From NCBI GenBank assembly GCA_965657945.1, contig CBFHPW010000004.1:20219-84218 (forward strand): DNA of 64,000 bases, given 5' to 3'. Each line of letters starts with the position of its first letter. The first letter of the stretch is position 1. The notes below the pieces were generated by a model. The model searched no databases. It had not been told where the DNA came from and was given only the letters and a program-made list of their open reading frames with translations. This stretch comes from Flavobacteriales bacterium. Its GTDB lineage: Bacteria; Bacteroidota; Bacteroidia; Flavobacteriales_D; CAJJDF01. This document shows, piece by piece, positions 20,037-29,325 of the stretch. Position numbers and translations under genes: made by a program.

Positions 20037-20951
20037 ATGAAAAAGTTTAAGAATTACGAAATAAAAGATTTGATAAAGATTATTTCGGAAAAAGACATCA
20101 ATGACTTCAGTAAATTCTGTCACGAAGATGTAGACGAATCGGATTTACTTAATACACTTATTACAGAAATAGATACCGATAAGTTTGCCGAAAAAACCGT
20201 TCTTGGAATAGATATTTATCATTACAGCCAGTATAAACCTCTGGAGCAATCCCTTATACCAGTTTTGTTTAAATTGATTCACAACAAAACTTGTGATTTG
20301 TGTCTGTCAAATTCTTCCTATATTTTTCAACATTATCAATCATCAGATACGTTTAAAGAAATGTTTATAAATTCTGGAGACGGTGGGTTTCAACTATTTG
20401 ATACCCCGATTCATGCGACTGCATTTGTGATTAACTTTCAAATGATTGTGCGGTATTATAATTCTTTTCGGTTTTTCCCAAAGCTGAGAAAAATTGTGGG
20501 ACCATTGAGTTTGAGGTATGCAATGACTCACGATAAAATTTACAAATTGGACAAGAACTATTTTGGTCCTGCAATCATTAACAATGCAAGAGTCTTAATA
20601 AAAGATTCACTGAATAGATTTTTGTTAGACGAGAATACGAACAGATGGTTTTTGTATCAAATAAATGGAATTGAGAATTTACAATATGTGTCCATTAGCC
20701 AATTACAAGAATTAGCTACTTTTGCCGATTACAAAAGAATTGATGGCGAAAACCATATTTATGTCGACTCCAAAGGATTTGATTTCGAGAAAATGATCAG
20801 TTGTGATATTCAGAAAATAGGGGATATAATGGCAAAGAAAACACATCTTACTATTTACAATTTGCACTTACAATATAAAGGATTTCTGGGAGATGGTAAA
20901 TATAAAACTGTTATATCGGTAGGAAATTTGAATACAACAGGAATAAGCTAA
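20037..20951 (+). CDS. Divergent class III nucleotidyl (adenylate/guanylate-like) cyclase domain protein
   Basis: Motifs in canonical order: VLGIDIYHYS (D59), SGDGGF (D115), LSLRYAMT, YFGPAIINNAR (R185), FLLDENT, IGDIMAKKTHLTIYNL. Manual alignment only. Confidence 0.65.
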   Translation: MKKFKNYEIKDLIKIISEKDINDFSKFCHEDVDESDLLNTLITEIDTDKFAEKTVLGIDIYHYSQYKPLEQSLIPVLFKLIHNKTCDLCLSNSSYIFQHYQSSDTFKEMFINSGDGGFQLFDTPIHATAFVINFQMIVRYYNSFRFFPKLRKIVGPLSLRYAMTHDKIYKLDKNYFGPAIINNARVLIKDSLNRFLLDENTNRWFLYQINGIENLQYVSISQLQELATFADYKRIDGENHIYVDSKGFDFEKMISCDIQKIGDIMAKKTHLTIYNLHLQYKGFLGDGKYKTVISVGNLNTTGIS

Positions 20952-21838
20952 TTGTTGTCTCTCTTGTATAAATAATACACAATACCATCACTCAACCCAA
21001 TTTTGGGAACGATGATTTCATTAATTCCGCATCGTTCTAAGATTGTCAAGTATATTTTTCCAGCAGGTACAATTACATCGGCTCGGTCATATCTCAGCCT
21101 ATATTTTTCAGCTCTTTCTTCTTTGGTTAAAGAGCTCAAATCAGAATATAATTCATTCAAAACATTGAGTTTTACTGGCTCTAAATGATTATTTCTCGAT
21201 AATTTAAAGTATCGATTTATATTCCCACCCGTCCCTATTGCTTTGAAATCTTTGTCACTGTTTACTACATTACTTAACCATTCATCTAGCTCTTTCCAGT
21301 TTTCTTCCTCCACTTTATCTTGAAGTAGTCTTACTGTCCCAATTTTAAAAGATTTTGACTCTACTCGTTTTCCTTTATTAAAAATGGTTATTTCTGTACT
21401 TCCACCACCAACATCAATGAATAGGTAAGAATCACTTTTGTTAATGTTTTGGGTGTAAATAGTCGAGAAAATTAAATCTGCCTCCATTTTTCCATCAATC
21501 AAACTGATATCAATGTCCGTTTCTTTTTTGATCAGATTAGCAATTTCATTTCCGTTTTTTGCCTCACGCATGGCACTCGTTGCCACGGCTCTAAAATCTT
21601 TTACTTGATAAATATCCATCAGTAATTTATAGGCTTTGATCGCTTTAATGAATTTTTCTTTTTTCTCCTCAGAAATTATTCCTTCATTAAATACGTCTTC
21701 TCCCAATCGTATTGGCACTCGAACCAATGAGAGTTTTTGTACAGAGGTTACACCATTTATCTCAACCACTTTAGCTATCAGTAACCTCATGCCGTTCGAA
21801 CCAATATCAATGGCCGCATATCTATCAGGAAAATTCAT
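20948..21838 (-). CDS. ppx: Ppx/GppA family exopolyphosphatase / pppGpp phosphohydrolase (short form)
   Basis: AAIDIGSN, ATSAMREAKN, DVGGGSTE, GTGGN, RADVIVPA; ATG at 21838. Confidence 0.92.
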   Translation of the reverse strand: MNFPDRYAAIDIGSNGMRLLIAKVVEINGVTSVQKLSLVRVPIRLGEDVFNEGIISEEKKEKFIKAIKAYKLLMDIYQVKDFRAVATSAMREAKNGNEIANLIKKETDIDISLIDGKMEADLIFSTIYTQNINKSDSYLFIDVGGGSTEITIFNKGKRVESKSFKIGTVRLLQDKVEEENWKELDEWLSNVVNSDKDFKAIGTGGNINRYFKLSRNNHLEPVKLNVLNELYSDLSSLTKEERAEKYRLRYDRADVIVPAGKIYLTILERCGINEIIVPKIGLSDGIVYYLYKRDNN

Positions 21839-22004
21839 AATAAAAAGATTTTTTAACCAATGCAAGTTAAAAAAAACTTTAATTATCACTACCTTTTTAG
21901 CCGAATTCCTTTGTAATTTGACTAAATTAGATGCTTGGAAAATAGGGCAATCAAGCGTTTCTTTTTTCTGAATTTACTTATAACTACATCGAATAATTTT
22001 ATTT

Positions 22005-22244
22005 ATGGATTTACCTAGATTTTTACTTGCCGACACGACTGAATTACCGGACGAAATGTTTGTTATACACACTGAATACCCTCGATTTTTAATCAATTTA
22101 GTAAATGACGAAATCGAATGGTTTGATGATCTTTCAAAAGATGAAGAAGAAGATGAAATGGTAAATATTGTTGCTCATCTGATTGAGGAGGCGAATAAGT
22201 TTTATGAGAAAGAATTAGAAAACTACGAAAACGAGGAGTTGTAA
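22005..22244 (+). CDS. Small acidic hypothetical protein
   Basis: 79 aa, LPRFLLAD..FVIHTEYPRF, highly acidic C-terminus; first gene of a tightly packed operon. Confidence 0.7.
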   Translation: MDLPRFLLADTTELPDEMFVIHTEYPRFLINLVNDEIEWFDDLSKDEEEDEMVNIVAHLIEEANKFYEKELENYENEEL

Positions 22245-22247
22245 ATA

Positions 22248-23921
22248 ATGCCTACGAGAAAAACCATAAAGAAACCTCTACCTTCCGTTGTAAAAGAGAT
22301 GGATGAATGGCCTATTTACAAGGCCTATGAAAACCCTGATTTATTTTTACAAAAAGTAAAAGATTTGGTGAAGAAGAATGCCACCTGGATTTTGAAAGAT
22401 GATGATACCCTCAGAAATGAGATCAAAAACATTGTGTATCAAGAAAAAATGAGGCTCTCCAAAACTCCTTGGAAATCAGACGATCCCAAAGAAAAAATAT
22501 TTTGGAGTGAGATCAAAAAACAAGTAAGAACTTCCAAAGCAATTGGAACAGAGGAAGGGACAAAAGAAGTAGATGAAAAAATTTTGAACCAAATTTTGGA
22601 TTTTTATGGAACGGAAATGATTGCAGATTTTAAAATTTCCTCTTTTAAATTTGCTCAAAAGGCGCTGCCCTATATTTATTCAAGACTAATTAATTCGTTT
22701 CCTCAGATTGTGTATAAACTATTTAGTTCAGTAGATAAGTTATACGACCGGATGAAAATAATGGGGGACGTTGATCACATTAGAAAACTTCAAGAAATTG
22801 GTACAGTGGTAGTTGTACCAACTCATTATAGTAATTTGGATTCTCCCACAATAGGACTAAGTTTGAACAATTTAGGGTTGTCTGCCTTTACTTATGGAGC
22901 TGGAGTGAATCTCTTTACGATAAAGTCTCTCTCCAGATTTATGCATAATTTAGGTGCTTATAAAGTAGACAGAAGAAGAAAACACAGGTTGTACCTAGAA
23001 ACCTTAAAATCATATTCTACGATTGCCCTCACCGAAAATGTGAACAGTCTATTTTATCCAGGAGGTTCAAGGTCACAATCCGGAAAGTTGGAAAATAAAT
23101 TGAAACTTGGGTTGCTTGGAACCGTAATAGATGCGCAGCGAATGAACCTGGAGGAAGGTAACGGAAAAAAAATATTCATAATTCCAGTTACCTTGAATTA
23201 TCACTATGTACTTGAAGCAAAAAAACTGATAGAACATTACCTAAAGGATAAGGGAAAAGAGAATTATCTGGAAGATGAAAATACGAACTCATTTGGTTTA
23301 ATCAAACGTGCGTATAAAGTAATTACGTCTAATCCTGGAATGACCATATCATTTGCTCCAGCCATTGATGTTTTTGGAAATAGAGTAGATGAAAACGGAA
23401 AAAGTATAAGCAGTACTGGTCAAAAAGTGGAAGTAGCAGATTATTTCAAACTGAATGGAAAGCTAGTAAGAGATGTTCAGCGAGATAGTCAGTACACACA
23501 AATATTAGGTGACAGGATCTTGCAAGAATACAAAGAAAATACGGTGGTATTGAGTAGTAATTTGGTTGCGTTTGTGGCATTTCAAATAATACGAAAACGA
23601 TTTTCGCAATTTACGGTGTTCGAAATTTTAAGTCTACCAAAAGACGAAACAACTATTCAAACTGAAGAATTTATTCTTGCATTGGCGAAAATAAAAGAGG
23701 CTTTGTTGGGTTTAGAAAAGGATAATAAAATTATACTTTCTTCAGATATAAACCTCGGAATGCAAGAATTGATGAAGGTTGGAATTAAAAAAGTGGGATC
23801 TTCTCATCCAAAATATGTCTTGAAAAGAAATAAAAGTGGGGAGATATCTACACAAAGTATGAAACTACTGTATTACTACCACAACAAACTAACAAGTTAT
23901 GGTTTAGAGCAATACATTTGA
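22248..23921 (+). CDS. PlsB-like glycerol-3-phosphate acyltransferase
   Basis: HX4D motif (THYSNLD), GAYKVDRR, FYPGGSRS, IIPVTLNY; 557 aa; directly upstream of gpsA. Confidence 0.8.
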   Translation: MPTRKTIKKPLPSVVKEMDEWPIYKAYENPDLFLQKVKDLVKKNATWILKDDDTLRNEIKNIVYQEKMRLSKTPWKSDDPKEKIFWSEIKKQVRTSKAIGTEEGTKEVDEKILNQILDFYGTEMIADFKISSFKFAQKALPYIYSRLINSFPQIVYKLFSSVDKLYDRMKIMGDVDHIRKLQEIGTVVVVPTHYSNLDSPTIGLSLNNLGLSAFTYGAGVNLFTIKSLSRFMHNLGAYKVDRRRKHRLYLETLKSYSTIALTENVNSLFYPGGSRSQSGKLENKLKLGLLGTVIDAQRMNLEEGNGKKIFIIPVTLNYHYVLEAKKLIEHYLKDKGKENYLEDENTNSFGLIKRAYKVITSNPGMTISFAPAIDVFGNRVDENGKSISSTGQKVEVADYFKLNGKLVRDVQRDSQYTQILGDRILQEYKENTVVLSSNLVAFVAFQIIRKRFSQFTVFEILSLPKDETTIQTEEFILALAKIKEALLGLEKDNKIILSSDINLGMQELMKVGIKKVGSSHPKYVLKRNKSGEISTQSMKLLYYYHNKLTSYGLEQYI

Positions 23922-23926
23922 AAATA

Positions 23927-24961
23927 ATGAAAAAAGTAGCTGTAATAGGAACGGGTAATTTTGGATTGGCTTTGGCCAATTTATTAGCGATAAACAACGA
24001 AGTGTTGATTTATGCTAGGAGGGAGGAAAATGTTCAAAAAATAAATATACAACGCGAACATAAAGGACAACCAATTCATGAAAGAGTGACTGCGGTTAAT
24101 GAATTTAATCAATTAACAAAAGAATGTAAATTGATTTTTCCCATTGTTCCTTCTTCAAATTTCAAGGAAATGCTCATTCAGCTAAGTCCTTTTTTAACTC
24201 CCGAACATATTTTAATTCACGGTACAAAGGGTTTGCATATAGAAGTTGATATCAACACGGTAGAAACACTTAATAAGTCTCAAGTTCTTACCATGAGTGA
24301 ATTAATACTGAAAGAAACCTCAGTGGTTCGAGTAGGATGCATCGCAGGACCAAATTTAGCAAAAGAATTATCGGAAAAACAAATTGGTGGAACTGTAGTG
24401 GCAAGTAGGTATAACGAAGTAATTGTAGAGGGAAAAAAAGCCCTGAATAGTAATATATTTCGTGTTTATGGTTCCAATGAAGTGTTGGGAGTGGAGCTTG
24501 CCAGTGTATTGAAAAATTACATTGCTATTGCAGCTGGAATGCTTGAAGGAATAGGGTATGGTGACAATTCCAAAGCTTTATTAATTACAAGAGGAATGGC
24601 CGAAATGGTCTTTTTTGGAAAAGCTTTCGGTGCAAGCGAAAAAGCATTTATGGGATTGGCTGGAATTGGAGATTTGATGGCCACTTGTAACAGTAAATTA
24701 AGTAGAAATTTCAGAGTAGGCTACAACTTGGCAAAAGGTCAAAGTTTGCATGAGATACTCTCAGATTTGAATGAAGTAGCGGAAGGAATAAAAACAATTA
24801 AAGTGGTTAAATTATTGGCTGGTTATGGATTTAATTCTCCTTTGGCTGATGCGCTCTACAAAATAGTATATGAGGATTGGGAACTAAATCAAGGTATGGA
24901 TTATTTAATGAATTTGCCAGTGAGTGACGACACTGATTTTTTTACTCAAAAAGATTCGTAA
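23927..24961 (+). CDS. gpsA: NAD(P)H-dependent glycerol-3-phosphate dehydrogenase
   Basis: GTGNFG, TKG, AGPNLAKE, LKNYIAIAAG, GDLMATC..SRN. Confidence 0.95.
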   Translation: MKKVAVIGTGNFGLALANLLAINNEVLIYARREENVQKINIQREHKGQPIHERVTAVNEFNQLTKECKLIFPIVPSSNFKEMLIQLSPFLTPEHILIHGTKGLHIEVDINTVETLNKSQVLTMSELILKETSVVRVGCIAGPNLAKELSEKQIGGTVVASRYNEVIVEGKKALNSNIFRVYGSNEVLGVELASVLKNYIAIAAGMLEGIGYGDNSKALLITRGMAEMVFFGKAFGASEKAFMGLAGIGDLMATCNSKLSRNFRVGYNLAKGQSLHEILSDLNEVAEGIKTIKVVKLLAGYGFNSPLADALYKIVYEDWELNQGMDYLMNLPVSDDTDFFTQKDS

Positions 24962-24962
24962 C

Positions 24963-25991
24963 ATGCATAAATCCAAAATACTCATAATTTATACAGGAGG
25001 AACGATAGGAATGATTGAAGACTTTGAGTCTAAATCGCTCAAGCCATTTGACTTTGAAAGTGTTGAAAAACAAATTCCTGAATTAAAAATCATTGAGGTT
25101 GATATCGAAAGTTATTCATTTGTAGAGCCAATAGATTCCTCTGACATAGATGTGTCGCATTGGGTGAAAATGGTGAAAGTTATTGAAGATAACTACGAGA
25201 ATTTCGATGGATTTGTCATTCTTCATGGTTCTGATACGATGTCTTACACGGCATCTGCATTAAGTTTTATGCTCAAAGGACTTACTAAACCCGTAATACT
25301 TACTGGGTCGCAACTTCCAATTGGCACAATACGAACAGATGGAAAAGAAAATTTAATCACTTCTATTGAGATTGCAGCAGCCCAAAGAAACAACAAACCA
25401 ATTGTTCCCGAAGTATGTATTTATTTTGAATATAATTTGTACCGAGGTAATCGTACTTCAAAAATTAATTCGGAAGACTTTGAGGCGTTTTCTTCGTTCA
25501 ATTACCCATATTTAGCCGAGGCCGGAGTTCATATCAAATACAACGAACCAGCTATTCATTACAGACAGAAAAAAACGCTTGAGATTTTTATCGAATTGAA
25601 CAAAAATGTAGCTATTCTCAAATTATTCCCGGGAATTACAAAAGAAGTGGTTCAGGCTATTTTTTCTATACCTGAATTAAAAGGAGTTGTGATGGAAACA
25701 TACGGATCAGGAAATGCTTCTTCGAAAGATTGGTTTTTGGATGAATTGAAGAAAGCTGCACAAAAAGGGATTACCTTATTAAATGTGACTCAATGTGCTG
25801 CTGGAAGTGTTATTCAAGGGAAATACGAAACCAGTCGTTCTTTTCAGAAATTAGGTGTAATTTCTGGAAAGGATATAACCACAGAAGCTGCCATAACTAA
25901 AATGATGTACGTGTTAGGAAAGTATCAAGATCGAAACAAAATCATAGAAAAACTAAACGAAAGTTTAGCAGGCGAAATGAGCATAAGATAA
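24963..25991 (+). CDS. ansA: Type I (cytoplasmic) L-asparaginase
   Basis: YTGGTIGM, DSSD, HGSDTMSY, TGSQLP, TYGSGN, DITTEAAITK. Confidence 0.93.
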   Translation: MHKSKILIIYTGGTIGMIEDFESKSLKPFDFESVEKQIPELKIIEVDIESYSFVEPIDSSDIDVSHWVKMVKVIEDNYENFDGFVILHGSDTMSYTASALSFMLKGLTKPVILTGSQLPIGTIRTDGKENLITSIEIAAAQRNNKPIVPEVCIYFEYNLYRGNRTSKINSEDFEAFSSFNYPYLAEAGVHIKYNEPAIHYRQKKTLEIFIELNKNVAILKLFPGITKEVVQAIFSIPELKGVVMETYGSGNASSKDWFLDELKKAAQKGITLLNVTQCAAGSVIQGKYETSRSFQKLGVISGKDITTEAAITKMMYVLGKYQDRNKIIEKLNESLAGEMSIR

Positions 25992-25996
25992 ATTAT

Positions 25997-26728
25997 ATGA
26001 AGTTAATTAGTTACCCTTTTTCTGTGCTTTTTGCACTCGTTTTTTTTCTAATTTTGGTCGTCTTTCATCCTGTTCAATGGGCTGCCAACAATGTAGTTGG
26101 TTATCGAGCCCACAAGGCAGTGGTAGATTTTATGAACTTATTGCTTACACGCTCTCTTATATTTTTAGGAATTGTAGTAAAACGAGAAAATACACAAGAA
26201 ATCCCTTCGAACAGAACCATTATTATCGTATCCAATCATCAAAGTTTGTTCGATATTCCCCCCATTATTTGGTACTTCAGAAAACACCACATAAAATTTG
26301 TTTCCAAAAAAGAACTGGGCAAAGGAATTCCAAGTGTTTCGTATAATTTGAGACATGGTGGAGCGGCTCTTATTGACAGACAAGATGGGAAAGCTGCTAT
26401 TGTGGAACTGGGTAGATTTAGCAAAAAAATAAATAAAAACACATGGGGTGCAGCTATATTTCCTGAAGGCACAAGAAGCAGAAACGGAAAGCCTAAATCA
26501 TTTTCAACGAATGGATTAAAAACTATCCTTAAATACAATCCAGATGCAGTGGTTGTGCCTATTTCCATCAATAATTCATGGAAAGTTTTTAAGTACGGTA
26601 AGTTTCCACTAGGATTATTCTCTCCAATAACTATTTATACACACGATCCCATCGAAGCGAATTCAATGGAAATGGATAAGCTATTGGAATTGGTTGAATA
26701 CAAAGTAACGAGCAAAATTTCGTTTTAA
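25997..26728 (+). CDS. plsC: 1-acyl-sn-glycerol-3-phosphate / lysophospholipid acyltransferase
   Basis: NHQSLFD, IDR, FPEGTRS. Confidence 0.85.
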   Translation: MKLISYPFSVLFALVFFLILVVFHPVQWAANNVVGYRAHKAVVDFMNLLLTRSLIFLGIVVKRENTQEIPSNRTIIIVSNHQSLFDIPPIIWYFRKHHIKFVSKKELGKGIPSVSYNLRHGGAALIDRQDGKAAIVELGRFSKKINKNTWGAAIFPEGTRSRNGKPKSFSTNGLKTILKYNPDAVVVPISINNSWKVFKYGKFPLGLFSPITIYTHDPIEANSMEMDKLLELVEYKVTSKISF

Positions 26729-27220
26729 TTATTTTTTTGTGGATTGTACAAGATACACTCCCAAAAGAGTAATAAATCCAAAAACTATTATAATCATAGG
26801 CAGCCAGCCAAAGGAATCAGCACTATTTTCTGCAATTACGATAGTTTCGTAGATAGCAAAGCTAAATATGAAGCTTACCAAAATAGACAGAACTCGTAAA
26901 AGTTTAGAAGCTAAAGCGTATTGTTGGGGAGCGTTATCTTGAGTGATTTCTGCAAGGTAATTAAGAATATGAGGATAAAAAGAGAGTGACCAAAGTCCAA
27001 CACTCAGAAGGAGTGAAATCGATGGCAAAAACCAAATAGAGGATTTGTCGCCAAATTTATCCGCCACACCATTAACATCAAAATGGGTAGGGATAATTTG
27101 TGGTAAATCTGGAAAAGAAACAAAGCAAAAAACTGTACTACTGGCAATTACACTTGTATTGATAATGAGCAACAATCGATCTAATTGGCTGAATGGTTGT
27201 TTTATCCTGGGTCTTGGCAT
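26729..27220 (-). CDS. DUF1648 membrane protein
   Basis: LPQIIPTHFDVNGVADKFGDK motif; 4 TM helices. Confidence 0.8.
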   Translation of the reverse strand: MPRPRIKQPFSQLDRLLLIINTSVIASSTVFCFVSFPDLPQIIPTHFDVNGVADKFGDKSSIWFLPSISLLLSVGLWSLSFYPHILNYLAEITQDNAPQQYALASKLLRVLSILVSFIFSFAIYETIVIAENSADSFGWLPMIIIVFGFITLLGVYLVQSTKK

Positions 27221-27328
27221 TCGTTTAACATTTTTTAACTCTCAAACCCTTTACAAGGATTACTTTCTCCGTTAAATTAGTGTAACAAAATAAGTCAATA
27301 CAAAAACTTAACATCAAAACTTAAAGAT

Positions 27329-28780
27329 ATGAAAACATTTTTTAAACCAATACTTTCGGCAACTCTTGGAGGAGGTATTGCACTATTCGGATATTTCGCA
27401 TTTTCGCCAAGCAAGACAATAACAGTTGTTAAAGAACAGAATCCAGTAATAAATGCAGCTCCGGTGAGCATTCCAACGGATTTGAATGGAAACGTACTCG
27501 ATTTTCAATATGCGGCCAATCAATCGCTTAATTCGGTAGTTCATATAAACACAGAGACAAAAAGAAGACAGCTAACGCAAGAAGAACAATTGTTTGAATT
27601 GTTTTATGGAAATGGAGGTTCCAATAGAAGCCAGAGAGGTTCGGGTTCTGGCGTAATCATTTCGGAAGACGGATTTATTGTAACCAATAATCACGTGGTG
27701 GATAATGCGGATAACATTCGAGTAATATTAAACGACAACAGGGAATATCCCGCCAAAGTCATAGGAAAAGATCCAGCTACCGATATGGCTGTAATTAAAA
27801 TAGAAGAAACTAACTTGCCACCAATTGCAATTGGTAATTCGGACGAAATAAATGTGGGTGAATGGGTATTGGCAGTAGGAAATCCATTTAATTTAACATC
27901 CACAGTAACTGCAGGAATTGTGAGTGCAAAAGGTAGAAGTATTAATATCATGCAAAGAAATTCAGGTAGGAATATTTTTCCAATTGAGTCTTTTATTCAA
28001 ACCGATGCAGCGGTAAATCCAGGAAATAGTGGTGGAGCTTTGGTAAACTCGAAGGGAGAGTTAATTGGGATAAACACAGCAATAGCCTCTCAAACTGGTT
28101 CGTATTCAGGTTATTCATTTGCAGTGCCAGTGAATATTATGAAAAAAGTAACAACGGATATGATTCAGTATGGTATTGTACAAAGAGCATTCATTGGTGT
28201 AGGAATTAAAGAAATGAACCAAGAATTGGCCAACGAATTGGGAATATCAAAAACAGAAGGTGTTTATGTCAATGGAATTTCGCCAAAAGGAGCAGCCGAA
28301 GAGGCGGGAATACAAGAAGGAGATGTCATTGTGAAAGTGAATGAAGAGATTATAAAATCAGTCCCAGAACTTCAAGAGAAAATTGGAAAATATGCTCCGG
28401 GTGACAAAGTAACAATTTCACTAATTCGAGATCGAAACACAAAAAATGTGTCGCTCACGCTCAGAAACTTCGAAGGAAATACAGAAATAATTAAGAAAAC
28501 AACCATCGAAACCAAGTTAGCGGCAAGTTTTGAAATACCGACTAAAGAGGAGCTTTCGAAACTGCAGCTTGAAGCTGGAGTGAAGGTGACAGAGGTGGGA
28601 AAAGGTAAATTACAAGAGGTAGGCATATCAAAAGATTTTATTATCACAAAAGTGGATAAACAAATAGTTGCCACTATAGATGAACTAACAAAAGCCTTGG
28701 AGAAATCAGAAAAAGAAGGGGTGTTGATAGAAGGAGTTTATCCAAATGGAATGAAAGCCTACTACGGAATGGGAAAATAA
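27329..28780 (+). CDS. degP: HtrA/DegP (Do family) serine protease with two PDZ domains
   Basis: GSGSG, TNNHVV, DMAVIK, QTDAAVNPGNSGG, PDZ repeats. Confidence 0.93.
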   Translation: MKTFFKPILSATLGGGIALFGYFAFSPSKTITVVKEQNPVINAAPVSIPTDLNGNVLDFQYAANQSLNSVVHINTETKRRQLTQEEQLFELFYGNGGSNRSQRGSGSGVIISEDGFIVTNNHVVDNADNIRVILNDNREYPAKVIGKDPATDMAVIKIEETNLPPIAIGNSDEINVGEWVLAVGNPFNLTSTVTAGIVSAKGRSINIMQRNSGRNIFPIESFIQTDAAVNPGNSGGALVNSKGELIGINTAIASQTGSYSGYSFAVPVNIMKKVTTDMIQYGIVQRAFIGVGIKEMNQELANELGISKTEGVYVNGISPKGAAEEAGIQEGDVIVKVNEEIIKSVPELQEKIGKYAPGDKVTISLIRDRNTKNVSLTLRNFEGNTEIIKKTTIETKLAASFEIPTKEELSKLQLEAGVKVTEVGKGKLQEVGISKDFIITKVDKQIVATIDELTKALEKSEKEGVLIEGVYPNGMKAYYGMGK

Positions 28781-28789
28781 TGTGGCAAG

Positions 28790-28820
28790 AAAAAAGCCTT
28801 GCAAATTTTGCAAGGCTTTT
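28790..28820. terminator. Bidirectional intrinsic terminator between degP and csp
   Basis: AAAAGCCTTGCAA-att-TTGCAAGGCTTTT between convergent genes. Confidence 0.88.
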
Positions 28821-28848
28821 CTAGTCTTAACTATGTGAATGAAGTTGA

Positions 28849-29040
28849 TTAGTCAACTTTTACATTTACTGCGTTTAATCCTTTAGGAGATTCTTCTACA
28901 TCGTAGCTTACTTTGTCTCCTTCTCTAATTTCGTCAATCAAACCATTTGCGTGAACAAATACGTCTTTGTTTCCTTCATCAGGTGTGATGAATCCAAATC
29001 CTTTTGTTTCATTGAAAAATTTTACTGTTCCGTTACTCAT
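28849..29040 (-). CDS. cspA: Cold-shock protein
   Basis: GTVKFFNETKGFGFI (RNP1) and DVFVH (RNP2); 63 aa from ATG 29040. Confidence 0.93.
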   Translation of the reverse strand: MSNGTVKFFNETKGFGFITPDEGNKDVFVHANGLIDEIREGDKVSYDVEESPKGLNAVNVKVD

Positions 29041-29067
29041 ATTGTTTTGTATATAATTTATTAAGCC

Positions 29068-29075
29068 CAAAGGTA
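29068..29075 (-). promoter_or_regulatory. -7 box (TACCTTTG) for csp
   Basis: CAAAGGTA on + strand, 28 nt upstream of the ATG. Confidence 0.55.
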
Positions 29076-29325
29076 CTTAAATAAATAACCTAAACTTGGT
29101 TTAACTCTTTTATTTTTAATAAAATACATTTATTAAGTAAGAATTTATACAAAATAAACTACCTATTCTGTACTCAAGTGATTGCCTATTAAGACTTTGT
29201 TTGTTTAATTTGTTGTTAAACGTAATTTTATTTACCTGGGTAAAAAAAGATATATTTTATTCAATTTTTAACTAAAAAAAGTTTTCGAATACAATAAGTG
29301 AGTGTTGATAAAAAAATAAAACCGA

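Noticed and set aside
20037-21838. A complete Pycsar or CBASS operon
   Set aside because: No adjacent cNMP-binding TIR/TM effector or CD-NTase; the flanking genes are ahcY and ppx. Only the lone cyclase-like gene is supported.
29076-29325. AT-rich gap between csp and xerD as ncRNA, dif site or origin
   Set aside because: No stable hairpin, dif-like 28-mer or DnaA-box cluster recognised; consistent with csp upstream regulatory DNA.
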